Virus genome (UHGV): UHGV-1366919
DNA length: 64,000 nucleotides
DNA from: a virus
Direction: 5' to 3' (one strand)
Position 1 is the stretch's first letter. Each line of letters starts with the position of its first letter. Positions 38,493-47,445 of this stretch are shown piece after piece. The position numbers were made by a program, and so were the translations under genes. The notes under the pieces were generated by a model that was given only the letters and a program-made list of their open reading frames with translations, did not search any database and was not told the origin of the DNA.

Positions 38493-40301
38493 TTAAATGG
38501 TGATTCTTTTTGTAATACCATTATGCTTGTCTAATTGAATAATTTCACCGATTCCAGCTTTAAAGAAATCAGGCTTATGAGAAATGAGATAAATCGCCTG
38601 GTCTTCTTTCTGGGCAAATTCTTCTAAAATATTACAAACAATTTCCGAGTTAGTTTTATCCAAAGAAGAATCAAGAATTTCATCATAAAAAGAAACGTTG
38701 TAACTTACGGAACCTTGCAATTTAAGAATATCTCTAAATGCCCATATACAAGCTAAGTCTAGCATTTTAGATTCAGCACCGGAAAGATTTCCATAACTTA
38801 CCATAATTCCTCTTTTATTGAGAATTTCTTCTTCAAATACTTCATTAAATGATAATGAATATTGAGAATTCTGCTTAGTGAGATAATACTTGATTCTAAA
38901 ATTCAGTAAATCAAGAAGCTTTTTAATAATATAAGCCCTGATACCTTCTTCAGAAAGAATAAATCTTGCAATTTCAAATTTAGCTAAAGAAGCATTAATG
39001 TCTTTAATAACTTCTTCTTTTTTGGCTTTTTCTTTTTCGGCTTTTTCAATTAAATCTTTGAATATATCTTTTTCTTCAGATTCCTTCTCATGAACCTGGT
39101 ATTGTTTTAAAAGATCTTCTTTTAATTTTAAAGTATCAGTCTCAGCTTTAATGGCTGACTTATTATTGCTAATTTCCCATTCTAAATCCCTTAACTGGTT
39201 TAACTCTTTTTGCTTCTTTTGCTGAATATCCTGAGCTAGGGCAATAAGTTTGTTTAATTTTTCTTTTTCTTCTTCTTTCTTTAGAAGTTTATCTTGAAGT
39301 TCTTTAATAGAATGTTTAATTTCAATTTGATCTTTATCAGTAAATGGGCGGTTACATTCGGCACAAACTGGACCAAACTTTAATAAGGTATCAATTTTTT
39401 CAGATATAGTCTTTTTTTCATTCTTAATAGCTCCTAAATCAGCAGCTATTCTTATTTGGGCTTCCCGAGTCTTTCCTATATCATTTTTAATAGCATTTAA
39501 AATACTCTCGGAAACCTTTATTTTAGAAAGTCTAGCTTCCTCTTCCTTTAATTTAGAAATCTTTAAGGAAATTTTATGAATATCTTTTTCAATAATTTGT
39601 TTCTCAAGTTCTTTCTTTTGTTTTTGATTGGCAATTCTCTCCAACTCTTTCCTTTGTTTAGAAGTATAATCAAAAATATTAGAATTAATTTGTTCTACAA
39701 GTTTAGATTCTATGTCAAGTTCTCTTTTAGAGATATTAATATCATCCTTAACAAGCTTAAACATTTGAGTTACTACATCAAGATTAAAAAGACTTTCAAT
39801 AAACTTCTTTTTATCAGTCTTGCCCTGGCTCATAAATGGAATTGTATTATTTGCCTGCATGGCAATACAATTCTTAAAAACCTCTTGAGATGTAGAAAGA
39901 ACCTCTAAAATATAAGTTGTCGTATTAGGAATACTATCTCTTGTTTTATCCCTCCCGTCCTTGAATACCTTTAAAGAAGACGGATTTAATTCTCGAATAA
40001 TCTTAAAATTATTATTTCCCTTGGTCGAATTACAGTTAAATTCAAGAATAACTTGAGTTGTTCCTTTAACCAAATTATTAGGAATATTCCTAATTGCTAA
40101 ATCTTTTAGAGTTTTTCCAAAAATAGCAAAAGAAAATGCCGCAACGATAGAACTTTTGCCAACACCATTTTTAGTGCCCGGTACATCAGAATTTGTACCA
40201 GTGATGAAATTAACACCTGGTTTAAATTCAATTACAACAGACTCTTCACCAATCGATAAAAAGTTTTTAATTTGAATTTTTTTAAATGTTATAAACTTCA
40301 T
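38493..40301 (-). CDS. Rad50/SbcC-like recombination ATPase (T4 gp46-like)
   Basis: A 602 aa ORF. It has an N-terminal Walker A (GTNGVGKSSI), a long coiled coil with a CxxC zinc hook (GPVCAECNRP), and C-terminal signature motifs (LSGAES) and Walker B/D-loop (AIYLISH). Confidence 0.85.
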   Translation of the reverse strand: MKFITFKKIQIKNFLSIGEESVVIEFKPGVNFITGTNSDVPGTKNGVGKSSIVAAFSFAIFGKTLKDLAIRNIPNNLVKGTTQVILEFNCNSTKGNNNFKIIRELNPSSLKVFKDGRDKTRDSIPNTTTYILEVLSTSQEVFKNCIAMQANNTIPFMSQGKTDKKKFIESLFNLDVVTQMFKLVKDDINISKRELDIESKLVEQINSNIFDYTSKQRKELERIANQKQKKELEKQIIEKDIHKISLKISKLKEEEARLSKIKVSESILNAIKNDIGKTREAQIRIAADLGAIKNEKKTISEKIDTLLKFGPVCAECNRPFTDKDQIEIKHSIKELQDKLLKKEEEKEKLNKLIALAQDIQQKKQKELNQLRDLEWEISNNKSAIKAETDTLKLKEDLLKQYQVHEKESEEKDIFKDLIEKAEKEKAKKEEVIKDINASLAKFEIARFILSEEGIRAYIIKKLLDLLNFRIKYYLTKQNSQYSLSFNEVFEEEILNKRGIMVSYGNLSGAESKMLDLACIWAFRDILKLQGSVSYNVSFYDEILDSSLDKTNSEIVCNILEEFAQKEDQAIYLISHKPDFFKAGIGEIIQLDKHNGITKRITI

Positions 40302-40569
40302 TATCAGCCAACTTTTCTAAAATCTTTTTCTTATTTTTAACCTTTTGCTTATGCTTCTTTACAAATGAAAAACATTTTGAATAAAACTTACATTCATTCT
40401 TTGAACAATTACAATGAGGCCACCAATCATTTCTGCAAAATGGTAATTCTTTCCAAGAATTTTTATGAGCACCTCCATGTACTCCATCTCTTTTATCCCG
40501 GGACATTAGAAATCTCTCTATATTTCTTTTGCAAATATTGCAATACTTCTTTTGGATTAGGAACATCAA
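40282..40569 (-). CDS. Questionable small Cys-rich ORF in the SbcD-SbcC gap
   Basis: A 95 aa ORF that overlaps both neighbours in other frames. It has CxxC...H...C.C pairs and could be a zinc-ribbon micro-protein or spurious. Confidence 0.2.
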   Translation of the reverse strand: MMFLIQKKYCNICKRNIERFLMSRDKRDGVHGGAHKNSWKELPFCRNDWWPHCNCSKNECKFYSKCFSFVKKHKQKVKNKKKILEKLADNEVYNI

Positions 40570-41530
40570 GCAAACCGATATATTCTTTAATTGCTTCCAT
40601 TAATTCTAAAGCAACAAAATCAGTTTTTGTATCAATAGCAGAAGAAAATCCTTTATTATCCCAGTCAATATCGCATTCCAGAGGCTGACAAGATGACAAT
40701 AATTTAATAAGTTCATCCATGTCATCTACAGTAATATTCTTATCAATCGCCAGTCGAAGATAATTATTAACAATTTCTTTACCAATCTTAGAAGGTTCTT
40801 TTCTAATTAGGGAAGAAAGAGTCATCTTAATAAATTTAGGAGAAATCTCATTATAATGATAAGAATATTTTCCTGTATCTACATCAAGAATAATAAAACC
40901 TTTCTTATCTCCCGCCTCTCCATAGTTCATCTGAAAAGGATTACCTACATAAACAATAGATCCAGATGAATATTTTCTAAACTGGGCTTTATGAAAATGC
41001 CCAGAAAAAATACTATTAAATTTCTTCAATAGATCAGATAATTTAAAACCTTCTTCACAAAGATGCTCAGATGAATTCATTTGAAACGTATTAATCTCAA
41101 AATGACCGAACAAATAATCAGAAGATTCAATTTCTGGATTTAACGGATTAAATCCCCATGGACAAAGAGTAATACTTTTATCCCCGATATTCAATCTGGC
41201 AGGCTTATCATAATATTTGATATTATTATATCCTTGAAAAATAGAAGTAGAAGATACTTCAGTGCTTCCGGAAAAATACAAATCGTGATTACCTGGAAAT
41301 ATATGAATAGAAAAATCCTCCAATAACCGGAGGATTTTTGCTGTTGAATTCAAAGTATAAACATCTACCGAATTTCTGTTATGAAACCAGTCTCCAAGAA
41401 AAAATACATCTTTAATATTTTTCTCTTTGAGAGTTTTAACCATATCTTGGATAAATTCAACTGCAACACTATGCCAATGTTGATTATCTCCTTTAATTCC
41501 AAGATGTAAATCAGAAAAAATTGCTATCAT
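40493..41530 (-). CDS. Mre11/SbcD-like nuclease (T4 gp47-like)
   Basis: A 345 aa ORF with calcineurin-like phosphoesterase motifs (DLHLG, GDWFH, GNHD). Confidence 0.85.
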   Translation of the reverse strand: MIAIFSDLHLGIKGDNQHWHSVAVEFIQDMVKTLKEKNIKDVFFLGDWFHNRNSVDVYTLNSTAKILRLLEDFSIHIFPGNHDLYFSGSTEVSSTSIFQGYNNIKYYDKPARLNIGDKSITLCPWGFNPLNPEIESSDYLFGHFEINTFQMNSSEHLCEEGFKLSDLLKKFNSIFSGHFHKAQFRKYSSGSIVYVGNPFQMNYGEAGDKKGFIILDVDTGKYSYHYNEISPKFIKMTLSSLIRKEPSKIGKEIVNNYLRLAIDKNITVDDMDELIKLLSSCQPLECDIDWDNKGFSSAIDTKTDFVALELMEAIKEYIGLLDVPNPKEVLQYLQKKYREISNVPG

Positions 41531-41595
41531 TACTTGCCTAAAACCATTCTTTTATCTGAACTTTATCCTTTGCCGCTAAGATTCTTGAATTTCAA

Positions 41596-42777
41596 TCATT
41601 CCGCAATAAAAACCTTATTTCCTACATCCCATATCCGGTCCCAACCGTTTGCACTCATATTTTCATATTCAGATAATTTAAGATCAAAATAATTCAAAAG
41701 ACGCGGTAATTTATGTTTTTGAAATTGAACTCGGCTTTTTCGTTGAAGAGAATTATCTTTAAAATAAAAGTAATTCGGGTCAGCATCATGAATCTCCTTA
41801 AATCCAATTTGTCGATAAAGCTGACCTTGGGACCATCGACGATCGGCATATGTAATTACACTGCCTGCATTATTTCTACGAAAATATTCAAACAACTTGG
41901 AAGCTCCTCCAATTACTGTAAAATTAGCAACTGTACAATAGCGAATCAGTTCATAATCATATTTCTTGTTAAACCTGGATTTATTAAAAGTCATTACAGC
42001 CACCATGCGATTCTTATAAAATAATCCCAGATTAATGGAAGAAGCGTAAGTTCCTTGAATATGATATTTTAAAATAAATGGCTTAACTTGCTGATAAGTC
42101 AATTCGCGAACTTTACATTTACGAGCATAGATCTTTCCGGAAGTAATTCCAAGAAGATGACGAATACGGGCCTTAACAATCTGCGGCTTCAATTCCCATT
42201 CATCTTCGAATACATGAATTAACCGTACTCCTTTTTCTTCACACTTATTTGTTTCAGTCAAATGGTACCGTTTAGTAAATCCATTTCGTTCACAATGTCC
42301 TGAAAGGGAATCAAACTCAAAAGCAATCTTCTTATCTGGAATATGAATAGCAATAGTATAAGGAGCTGCTAACTCTTTATCATTCTCAATAATCCGGCCA
42401 TTATAAACACTTTTAATATAATTTATAAAATTATTATAAGACTCAGGGTTAGATACCGGCTCAACAATAGGAGCTGGTTCTTTTTTAGAAGACGTGGAAA
42501 CTTTTTTAATTTTTTCCTTCTTTTGCTTTGGTTCTTTTGGAGCTTTGGACACTTTAGGCTCTGTATTTTTCCTTAATGCTTCAATAGCACATTGCCTGCA
42601 TCCATACTTGGAACGTATAAAATGCTGGGTTAAACAAAAGAAAGATCCATGATCCTTGCAAATAATTTCAACCGGTTTCCTGTTACTTTGATAATCAACT
42701 TTAGAGTAATCAAATTGATCTCCAAATTTTTCAAGGCAGAATTTAATAAAAGCTTCCTTACGTTGTTCTTTTTTCAT
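41596..42777 (-). CDS. Homing-endonuclease-like protein (N-terminal zinc-ribbon repeat unit, C-terminal Vsr/DUF559-like nuclease-fold domain)
   Basis: A 393 aa ORF. The N-terminal unit (FDYSKVDY...IICKDHGSF...H..YGCRQC) is homologous to the repeats of the next gene. The C-terminal segment (IAFEFDSLSGH...GVRLIHVFEDEW) resembles the PD-(D/E)XK Vsr/DUF559 family. It is a paralog of 42799-44109. Confidence 0.5.
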   Translation of the reverse strand: MKKEQRKEAFIKFCLEKFGDQFDYSKVDYQSNRKPVEIICKDHGSFFCLTQHFIRSKYGCRQCAIEALRKNTEPKVSKAPKEPKQKKEKIKKVSTSSKKEPAPIVEPVSNPESYNNFINYIKSVYNGRIIENDKELAAPYTIAIHIPDKKIAFEFDSLSGHCERNGFTKRYHLTETNKCEEKGVRLIHVFEDEWELKPQIVKARIRHLLGITSGKIYARKCKVRELTYQQVKPFILKYHIQGTYASSINLGLFYKNRMVAVMTFNKSRFNKKYDYELIRYCTVANFTVIGGASKLFEYFRRNNAGSVITYADRRWSQGQLYRQIGFKEIHDADPNYFYFKDNSLQRKSRVQFQKHKLPRLLNYFDLKLSEYENMSANGWDRIWDVGNKVFIAE

Positions 42778-42798
42778 AGAATGAATATAACTAATTTC

Positions 42799-44109
42799 TC
42801 AATTTTTAAAGGTGCGCAGATTACACACTTTATTTTTAGTATGTATCTTGGTAAACAACAAATTTTCTATAGATTTTCTATTATTTTTCCAGTCTCTTTC
42901 TTCGACATTTATTAGTAGAATATTTGCTTCTTTACAACGCCTTTCCTTTTCGGCATGACAGCCAGGCTGTCTTTCTTCTTTAAGTTTATGCCAGTGAGAT
43001 CCATTATATTCAATGCCAATTCTTAATTCGGGAAGAAATATGTCAAGCTCCATTCTTCCTATTTGAGTCTTATCATTTTCAAGAACTTCTCCCGAATAAA
43101 TTGACTTAATATATGCACAAACTTCTTTTTCTCCTCTAGATGTCTGTTTAGATAAGGCACATATTGGACAACCTTGTTGAAGATACCAATGACTAGACGG
43201 TATTTGTTGAAATACTCCGTGTACAGGACATATGATATTAACCTTAGAATGTGCGTTTACATAATTTACTAAAGAATAATCATATTTTTCTCCATGAACT
43301 TTTCTAGACCTCTTAATAAATTCATCAATTGTTAACTTTTCAAAACCAAAACATTTAGGACACCCTGAGCCATTTAAATGACTATTTGGTTTTTGCCAAA
43401 AAATACCATGTTTAGGACAAATAATTGATATTTTTTTCTGAGAATGCTCATAACTTACTTGAGAATAATCATAAAGAGTACCATGAACTTTTCTTGCTTT
43501 CTGAATAAAATCTTCAGTCGTTACTAACTCTTTATTTCCACATTTTGGACAACCACACCCATTAAGATGGGAATTAGGTGTTTGCTGAAATATATGTCCA
43601 CACTTTTTACATTTAATTTTTACCTTAACTTTATTACCCTGGTAATCCACTTCAGAATAATCAAATTTATCACCGTGTACTTTACTAGCTTTTTCAATAA
43701 ATTCTTTAGTTGTAGATTTATTGTTATTAGAGCAAAAAGGACATCCAAAACCTTTCATGTGGCTTTGTGCCTGCTGTTCAAATATATGCCCGCATTTTTT
43801 ACATTTAATTTTTACTTTAAGCTTATTGCCTTGATAATCTACTTCAGAATAATCAAATTTATCGCCATGAACTTTTTGGGACTTTTCAATAAATTCTTTA
43901 GTTGTTAGCTTCTTAACACCAGCACATTCTAAACATCCGCATCCCTGGACATGGCTATAAGCTTTTTGCTGAAAAGAACCGTGAATAGGACATATTATTG
44001 TTATGACATTATGAGCTCCTGTATAAAAAGTCTCAGAATAATCATATTTGTTTCCATGAACCTCTGTACATTCTTTAATAAATTGCTCATTTGATTTTAA
44101 TTTTGCCAT
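42799..44109 (-). CDS. Homing-endonuclease-like protein with 5-6 tandem zinc-ribbon repeats and a C-terminal Vsr/DUF559-like domain
   Basis: A 436 aa ORF. It has about six copies of a ~56 aa unit (EFIxKxxKVHGDKYDYSxVxY....KVxIxCxKHGxFxQ....H..GxGCPxC). The C-terminal segment (ELDIFLPELRIGIEYNGSHWH) is nuclease-fold-like. The repeats are near-identical at the DNA level. Confidence 0.5.
   Translation of the reverse strand: MAKLKSNEQFIKECTEVHGNKYDYSETFYTGAHNVITIICPIHGSFQQKAYSHVQGCGCLECAGVKKLTTKEFIEKSQKVHGDKFDYSEVDYQGNKLKVKIKCKKCGHIFEQQAQSHMKGFGCPFCSNNNKSTTKEFIEKASKVHGDKFDYSEVDYQGNKVKVKIKCKKCGHIFQQTPNSHLNGCGCPKCGNKELVTTEDFIQKARKVHGTLYDYSQVSYEHSQKKISIICPKHGIFWQKPNSHLNGSGCPKCFGFEKLTIDEFIKRSRKVHGEKYDYSLVNYVNAHSKVNIICPVHGVFQQIPSSHWYLQQGCPICALSKQTSRGEKEVCAYIKSIYSGEVLENDKTQIGRMELDIFLPELRIGIEYNGSHWHKLKEERQPGCHAEKERRCKEANILLINVEERDWKNNRKSIENLLFTKIHTKNKVCNLRTFKN
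43290..43960. repeat. Intragenic tandem DNA repeats (~168 bp units)
   Basis: Adjacent repeat units are nearly identical at the nucleotide level (for example the two KVHGDKFDYSEVDYQGNK(L/V)KVKIKCKKCGHIF units). They produce the spurious + strand ORF 43567-43908. Confidence 0.7.
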
Positions 44110-44150
44110 TTATTTTCATTTCGGAAACTCCTGAAAAAATTAAGGTGAAA

Positions 44151-44711
44151 TTAATCTTCTGAATCTTCTTCCGGTCTTACATAAATTGGAGCGTCTGCGC
44201 ATTGAATAAGTTCCGGATATTTTACTTCCCTATATTTTTTAACTTTTTCAGCGTGCTTCTTTTCATTTTTTATGATTGCACAGAAGGACCAGTAACAGAT
44301 TTGCGTCCAAAAACTGAAAGCCTTAGACCCATAATTCACACTCCATTTCTTCCCACGCAGTGCGGTCATACATTTAATGAGAGCACTTGAAATCATTTCA
44401 TCTTTATAAGAATAACGGCTAAAGCTCGAAGACCTTGCTAAACCTTGCGCAATCTTAAGGAAACATTCCGCGATGTAATTCATATTCGGTTTATCGCTGT
44501 CCTCAACTTCATAAAACCTTTTAATTGCCGCGTCAAATTTAGCCGAATCTACATAATAGTCCTCTTTTTTAGTCTTTCCTCGATTCTGAACAGTAATAAA
44601 CGCCCTTTTCTTATTCGGATCATTCAGCATTTCACGCTTTTTATCCAAATCTTCAGGCGGACGTGTTTTAGTAGAAGGCTGTACAAATTGTTCTTTATTA
44701 GCTTCAGTCAT
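44151..44711 (-). CDS. Late-transcription sigma factor (T4 gp55-like)
   Basis: A 186 aa ORF. [39 protein letters not shown] aligns with T4 gp55 [69 protein letters not shown] aligns with [28 protein letters not shown]. Confidence 0.8.
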   Translation of the reverse strand: [186 protein letters not shown]

Positions 44712-44734
44712 GTTAATTCAATTATAATACAACT

Positions 44735-46237
44735 TTAGGCCTTTAGGCCAATTATTTTAAAAGGAATCTTTTCTTGCTCATATAATTTGATACGTTCATC
44801 TCTATGCCTTAACGCATATTTTGTATTGGGAATTATATCGATAACCCGGGCAAGAGTTTTATTTTCCTTTAAACGCAGTATTCGTCCGATGGATTGAATT
44901 ATTCTTACATTGCTTTTTCCAATCAAACCAGGAAATACAATATTATGCAAATTTTTGATATTGATACCTGTTGAGAATATTGAAGCTTGAGCAATTAACA
45001 AAATATTGTTTTCTTTTTCCAATTGCTCCTTAATATCGGTTCGTTCTTCAATCGGCACCTCTCCTTGAATAAAGTAAACTTTTCTATTCGGATCGGCTTC
45101 TTTAAATTTTTGCAGAAGATTTTCCCCATGAATAATCCTATTGACCAAAATTAAAGTATTATTGCTTAATTTTGAAACAATAGAAGTAATAGTTGAGTTA
45201 AACTGGTCATTATTGCTCAACCATTCGGTTTCTTCCATGAATCCAAAAGGCCTTTTAACACCTTCATCATCCAGGACATAAGTCGGAATATCATTTAATT
45301 GAATATTAATTCCAAAAGTTGAAACCTGCGTCAGGAATTTATCTTTTCTTAATTCTGCAGAAGGCAGTTCAAATCTTACAGGTCCAATTTTGCCTAAGAT
45401 TGACCATTTGTCATGTTTATCATGTGGTAATGTACCTGTGAAGCCATATCTTAACTTAGCCGGAAGATCTGCGATAATCTTAGAAATTTTATTATTGGCC
45501 TTAATTGAATGAACTTCATCGATGATAATACAGTCAAATTTTTGTATCTCTTTTTTAAGGTCATCATACTGGGCTCTGAGAATACTTGCTCCGCAAATAA
45601 CGACTTGTGATTTCTTATCGAAAGGAATATTTGAAAACCATTTGGAAATAGAATATTTGAAATTCTTTAAATGCGAAGAAATATCATTAAAAGTCTGATT
45701 GGCCAAATCAGGAAAAGGACAAACCAATAAAACTTTTCTGGCTAATTTATTCTTAAGAATATTCCGGATTAATAATGCGCAGCATACTGTCTTGCCCGCT
45801 CCTGTTCCTAAAATATAAATACCGTTTTGCTTATTAAGGGCAATTTGCATCGATTCTTTTTGATAAGGCCTGACTTCTGATCCTTTATCATCAATATAAA
45901 TGTTCTTCGTATCAAGAACTAAATCATTGCTCTGAATATATTTTTTAATGCCGTCATCTAATTTAAATTTAACAGAACGATCATAAAATGTATTCTTAAC
46001 AAATGCAAGTATGTCTCGTAATAATCCGATTTCAAATTCACCGGACATTTTAATGCAAGATTTCTTAATATATTCTTTACTCGGTTGAATTTTGATGCCT
46101 TTTTGACGACATCTCTTGACATACATATGATTTCGTTCAACTGTAGAAAAATGATCTCTCAATTGTTCATAAGCATCAAAGTACTCAAATATAATCCTAC
46201 CAAGATTATTTGATGTTCTGTTGATTTCGATAATCAT
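44735..46237 (-). CDS. uvsW: UvsW-like SF2 DNA helicase
   Basis: A 500 aa ORF with Walker A (ILGTGAGKT) and a DEVH box (IIIDEVHS). The C-terminus (IQGEVPIEERTDIKEQLEKENNILLIAQASIFSTGINIKNLHNIVF...IIQSIGRILR) aligns closely with T4 UvsW (VSGEVDTETRNIMKTLAENGKGIIIVASYGVFSTGISVKNLHHVVL...VLQTIGRVLR). Confidence 0.85.
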   Translation of the reverse strand: MIIEINRTSNNLGRIIFEYFDAYEQLRDHFSTVERNHMYVKRCRQKGIKIQPSKEYIKKSCIKMSGEFEIGLLRDILAFVKNTFYDRSVKFKLDDGIKKYIQSNDLVLDTKNIYIDDKGSEVRPYQKESMQIALNKQNGIYILGTGAGKTVCCALLIRNILKNKLARKVLLVCPFPDLANQTFNDISSHLKNFKYSISKWFSNIPFDKKSQVVICGASILRAQYDDLKKEIQKFDCIIIDEVHSIKANNKISKIIADLPAKLRYGFTGTLPHDKHDKWSILGKIGPVRFELPSAELRKDKFLTQVSTFGINIQLNDIPTYVLDDEGVKRPFGFMEETEWLSNNDQFNSTITSIVSKLSNNTLILVNRIIHGENLLQKFKEADPNRKVYFIQGEVPIEERTDIKEQLEKENNILLIAQASIFSTGINIKNLHNIVFPGLIGKSNVRIIQSIGRILRLKENKTLARVIDIIPNTKYALRHRDERIKLYEQEKIPFKIIGLKA

Positions 46238-46370
46238 TATAATTCAATTATAACGTAAAATATTCAAAATTGATCAAAAATTATTCAAATAATTTAATAT
46301 TAATAACTTAAATTACACAATATTTATTTGATTTTAATATAATTTATTTAAATTTAATTAATTATATCAA

Positions 46371-46420
46371 ATATAATTGGTATACTGGTCTCGCGCGCGG
46401 GAGGAGAATACCAATTATAT
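46371..46420. repeat. Hairpin with AT-rich 12 bp arms around a GC core (GGTCTCGCGCGCGGGAGGAG)
   Basis: The arms ATATAATTGGTA and TACCAATTATAT flank the GC-rich core. Confidence 0.7.
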
Positions 46421-46535
46421 TTTAATTATATTCAATTATATTTTAATTATAATAAAATTATTTTGAAATTTATTTTCAAAATTTTAATTTTATTTTCAAA
46501 TTTATTTTGAAATTTGAAACATACGAACTTATTAA

Positions 46536-46555
46536 GGGGTACGCGCGCGTACCCC
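46536..46555. repeat. Perfect 20 bp GC-rich palindrome GGGGTACGCGCGCGTACCCC
   Basis: Self-complementary as read. An adjacent element GCCCATTAGGGC lies at 46561-46572. Confidence 0.8.
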
Positions 46556-46581
46556 ACATAGCCCATTAGGGCAATATTCAT

Positions 46582-46600
46582 AAGCGTGCAGCGCACGCTT
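46582..46600. repeat. Hairpin AAGCGTGC-AGC-GCACGCTT
   Basis: An 8 bp stem with a 3 nt loop, read directly. Confidence 0.7.
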
Positions 46601-46671
46601 TCTACTTTATATTTAATTAATTAAATATAAATAAATATTTATTTATATTTAAATTATAATATAAAATATTA

Positions 46672-46706
46672 AAAATAATTTAAAATAATTTAAAATAATT
46701 TAAAAT
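46672..46706. repeat. Tandem direct repeat (AAAATAATTT) x3
   Basis: AAAATAATTTAAAATAATTTAAAATAATTTAAAAT, read directly. Confidence 0.7.
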
Positions 46707-46722
46707 ATTAAAAATTTTTTCT

Positions 46723-46771
46723 ATGCGCGCCCGCGCCCGCACACACGCGCACACGAAATCACCGAGCGCTG
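46723..46771. repeat. GC-rich alternating purine-pyrimidine tract
   Basis: TATGCGCGCCCGCGCCCGCACACACGCGCACACG...ACCGAGCGCTG. This has Z-DNA-prone (CG)n/(CA)n character that is unique in the window. Confidence 0.7.
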
Positions 46772-46865
46772 TTTTGGAGGTTTAACCAAATAGATAATTG
46801 TCTAATCCGAATAAGATTTGAATAAGTACATTTATTATCAGGATCTCTTCGGTACTCTATGGATA

Positions 46866-46906
46866 ATAAAAAACCAATCTGACTTATAGAAATCAGATTG
46901 GTTTCG
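46866..46906 (-). terminator. Intrinsic terminator for uvsY (minus strand)
   Basis: Stem AACCAATCTGA/TCAGATTGGTT. On the minus strand the hairpin is followed by TTTTTT (A-run on the + strand at 46866-46872). Confidence 0.7.
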
Positions 46907-47019
46907 ACAATTTATTTTTAAAATCTCCTGGAGAATTATTTTAAATTCTTTTACCCTCCAGGTAGTAAAGTACAAGCCTAAAAGTTTTTAAAATTTTCTA
47001 GATATTTTTTAGAATTAAA

Positions 47020-47418
47020 TTACAGAACTTGAAGCTGCATGATCTCGACGATGTTCTTAACGTCATTCGTAATATAGGCGAAGATCTTTTCGACTTTATT
47101 CAAATATTCAACCAGCATCTTTTGATCTTCGATCTCTTGAGTAATTTCCTGCATAGGCTTGGTATTGGCAATAACATTTTTCATAGAAGCAGTAGACATT
47201 TGAACCAATGGCTCCTGCTTTTCAAGGGCAGTTTTTTCAAGAGCTTTCTTCTTTCGTTCCAATCTATTGAGTTCCTGTGTTTCTAAAATCAGCTTTGTTA
47301 CCCAATAATGTTTTCTTTGAGGAATTTCAAAAGATTTTTGCTGAATAACCATTTCATTTAATTTCAAATCTTCAGCAATTTCTTTTGAGTATTGTTCGAG
47401 TTTTTCTTGAGGTGTCAT
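47020..47418 (-). CDS. uvsY: Recombination mediator UvsY-like protein
   Basis: A 132 aa ORF, close in size to T4 UvsY (137 aa). It has a loosely similar heptad/charged pattern and sits adjacent to uvsW. Similarity is moderate only. Confidence 0.45.
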   Translation of the reverse strand: MTPQEKLEQYSKEIAEDLKLNEMVIQQKSFEIPQRKHYWVTKLILETQELNRLERKKKALEKTALEKQEPLVQMSTASMKNVIANTKPMQEITQEIEDQKMLVEYLNKVEKIFAYITNDVKNIVEIMQLQVL

Positions 47419-47445
47419 GTCTTTAACTAATGTTATTATAACATC

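Larger units (their letters stand above)
46238..47019. promoter_or_regulatory. Large structured non-coding region (candidate replication origin / regulatory hub)
   Basis: A 780 bp region with no ORF in the supplied track (which lists ORFs of 60 aa and longer). It contains four GC-rich CGCG-containing palindromes in an AT-rich background, AT palindromes, arrays of short inverted units (TTTTGAAA/TTTCAAAA), and a 10 bp x3 tandem repeat. Confidence 0.5.

Noticed and set aside
43567-43908. 113 aa + strand ORF within the repeat-containing endonuclease-like gene
   Set aside because: It is generated by the tandem DNA repeats of the minus-strand gene. Its internally repetitive nonsense sequence confirms this.
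46238-47019. CRISPR array or mini-array in the repeat-rich non-coding region
   Set aside because: The repeats are short, heterogeneous palindromes and AT tracts. They lack the regular repeat-spacer periodicity of a CRISPR array.
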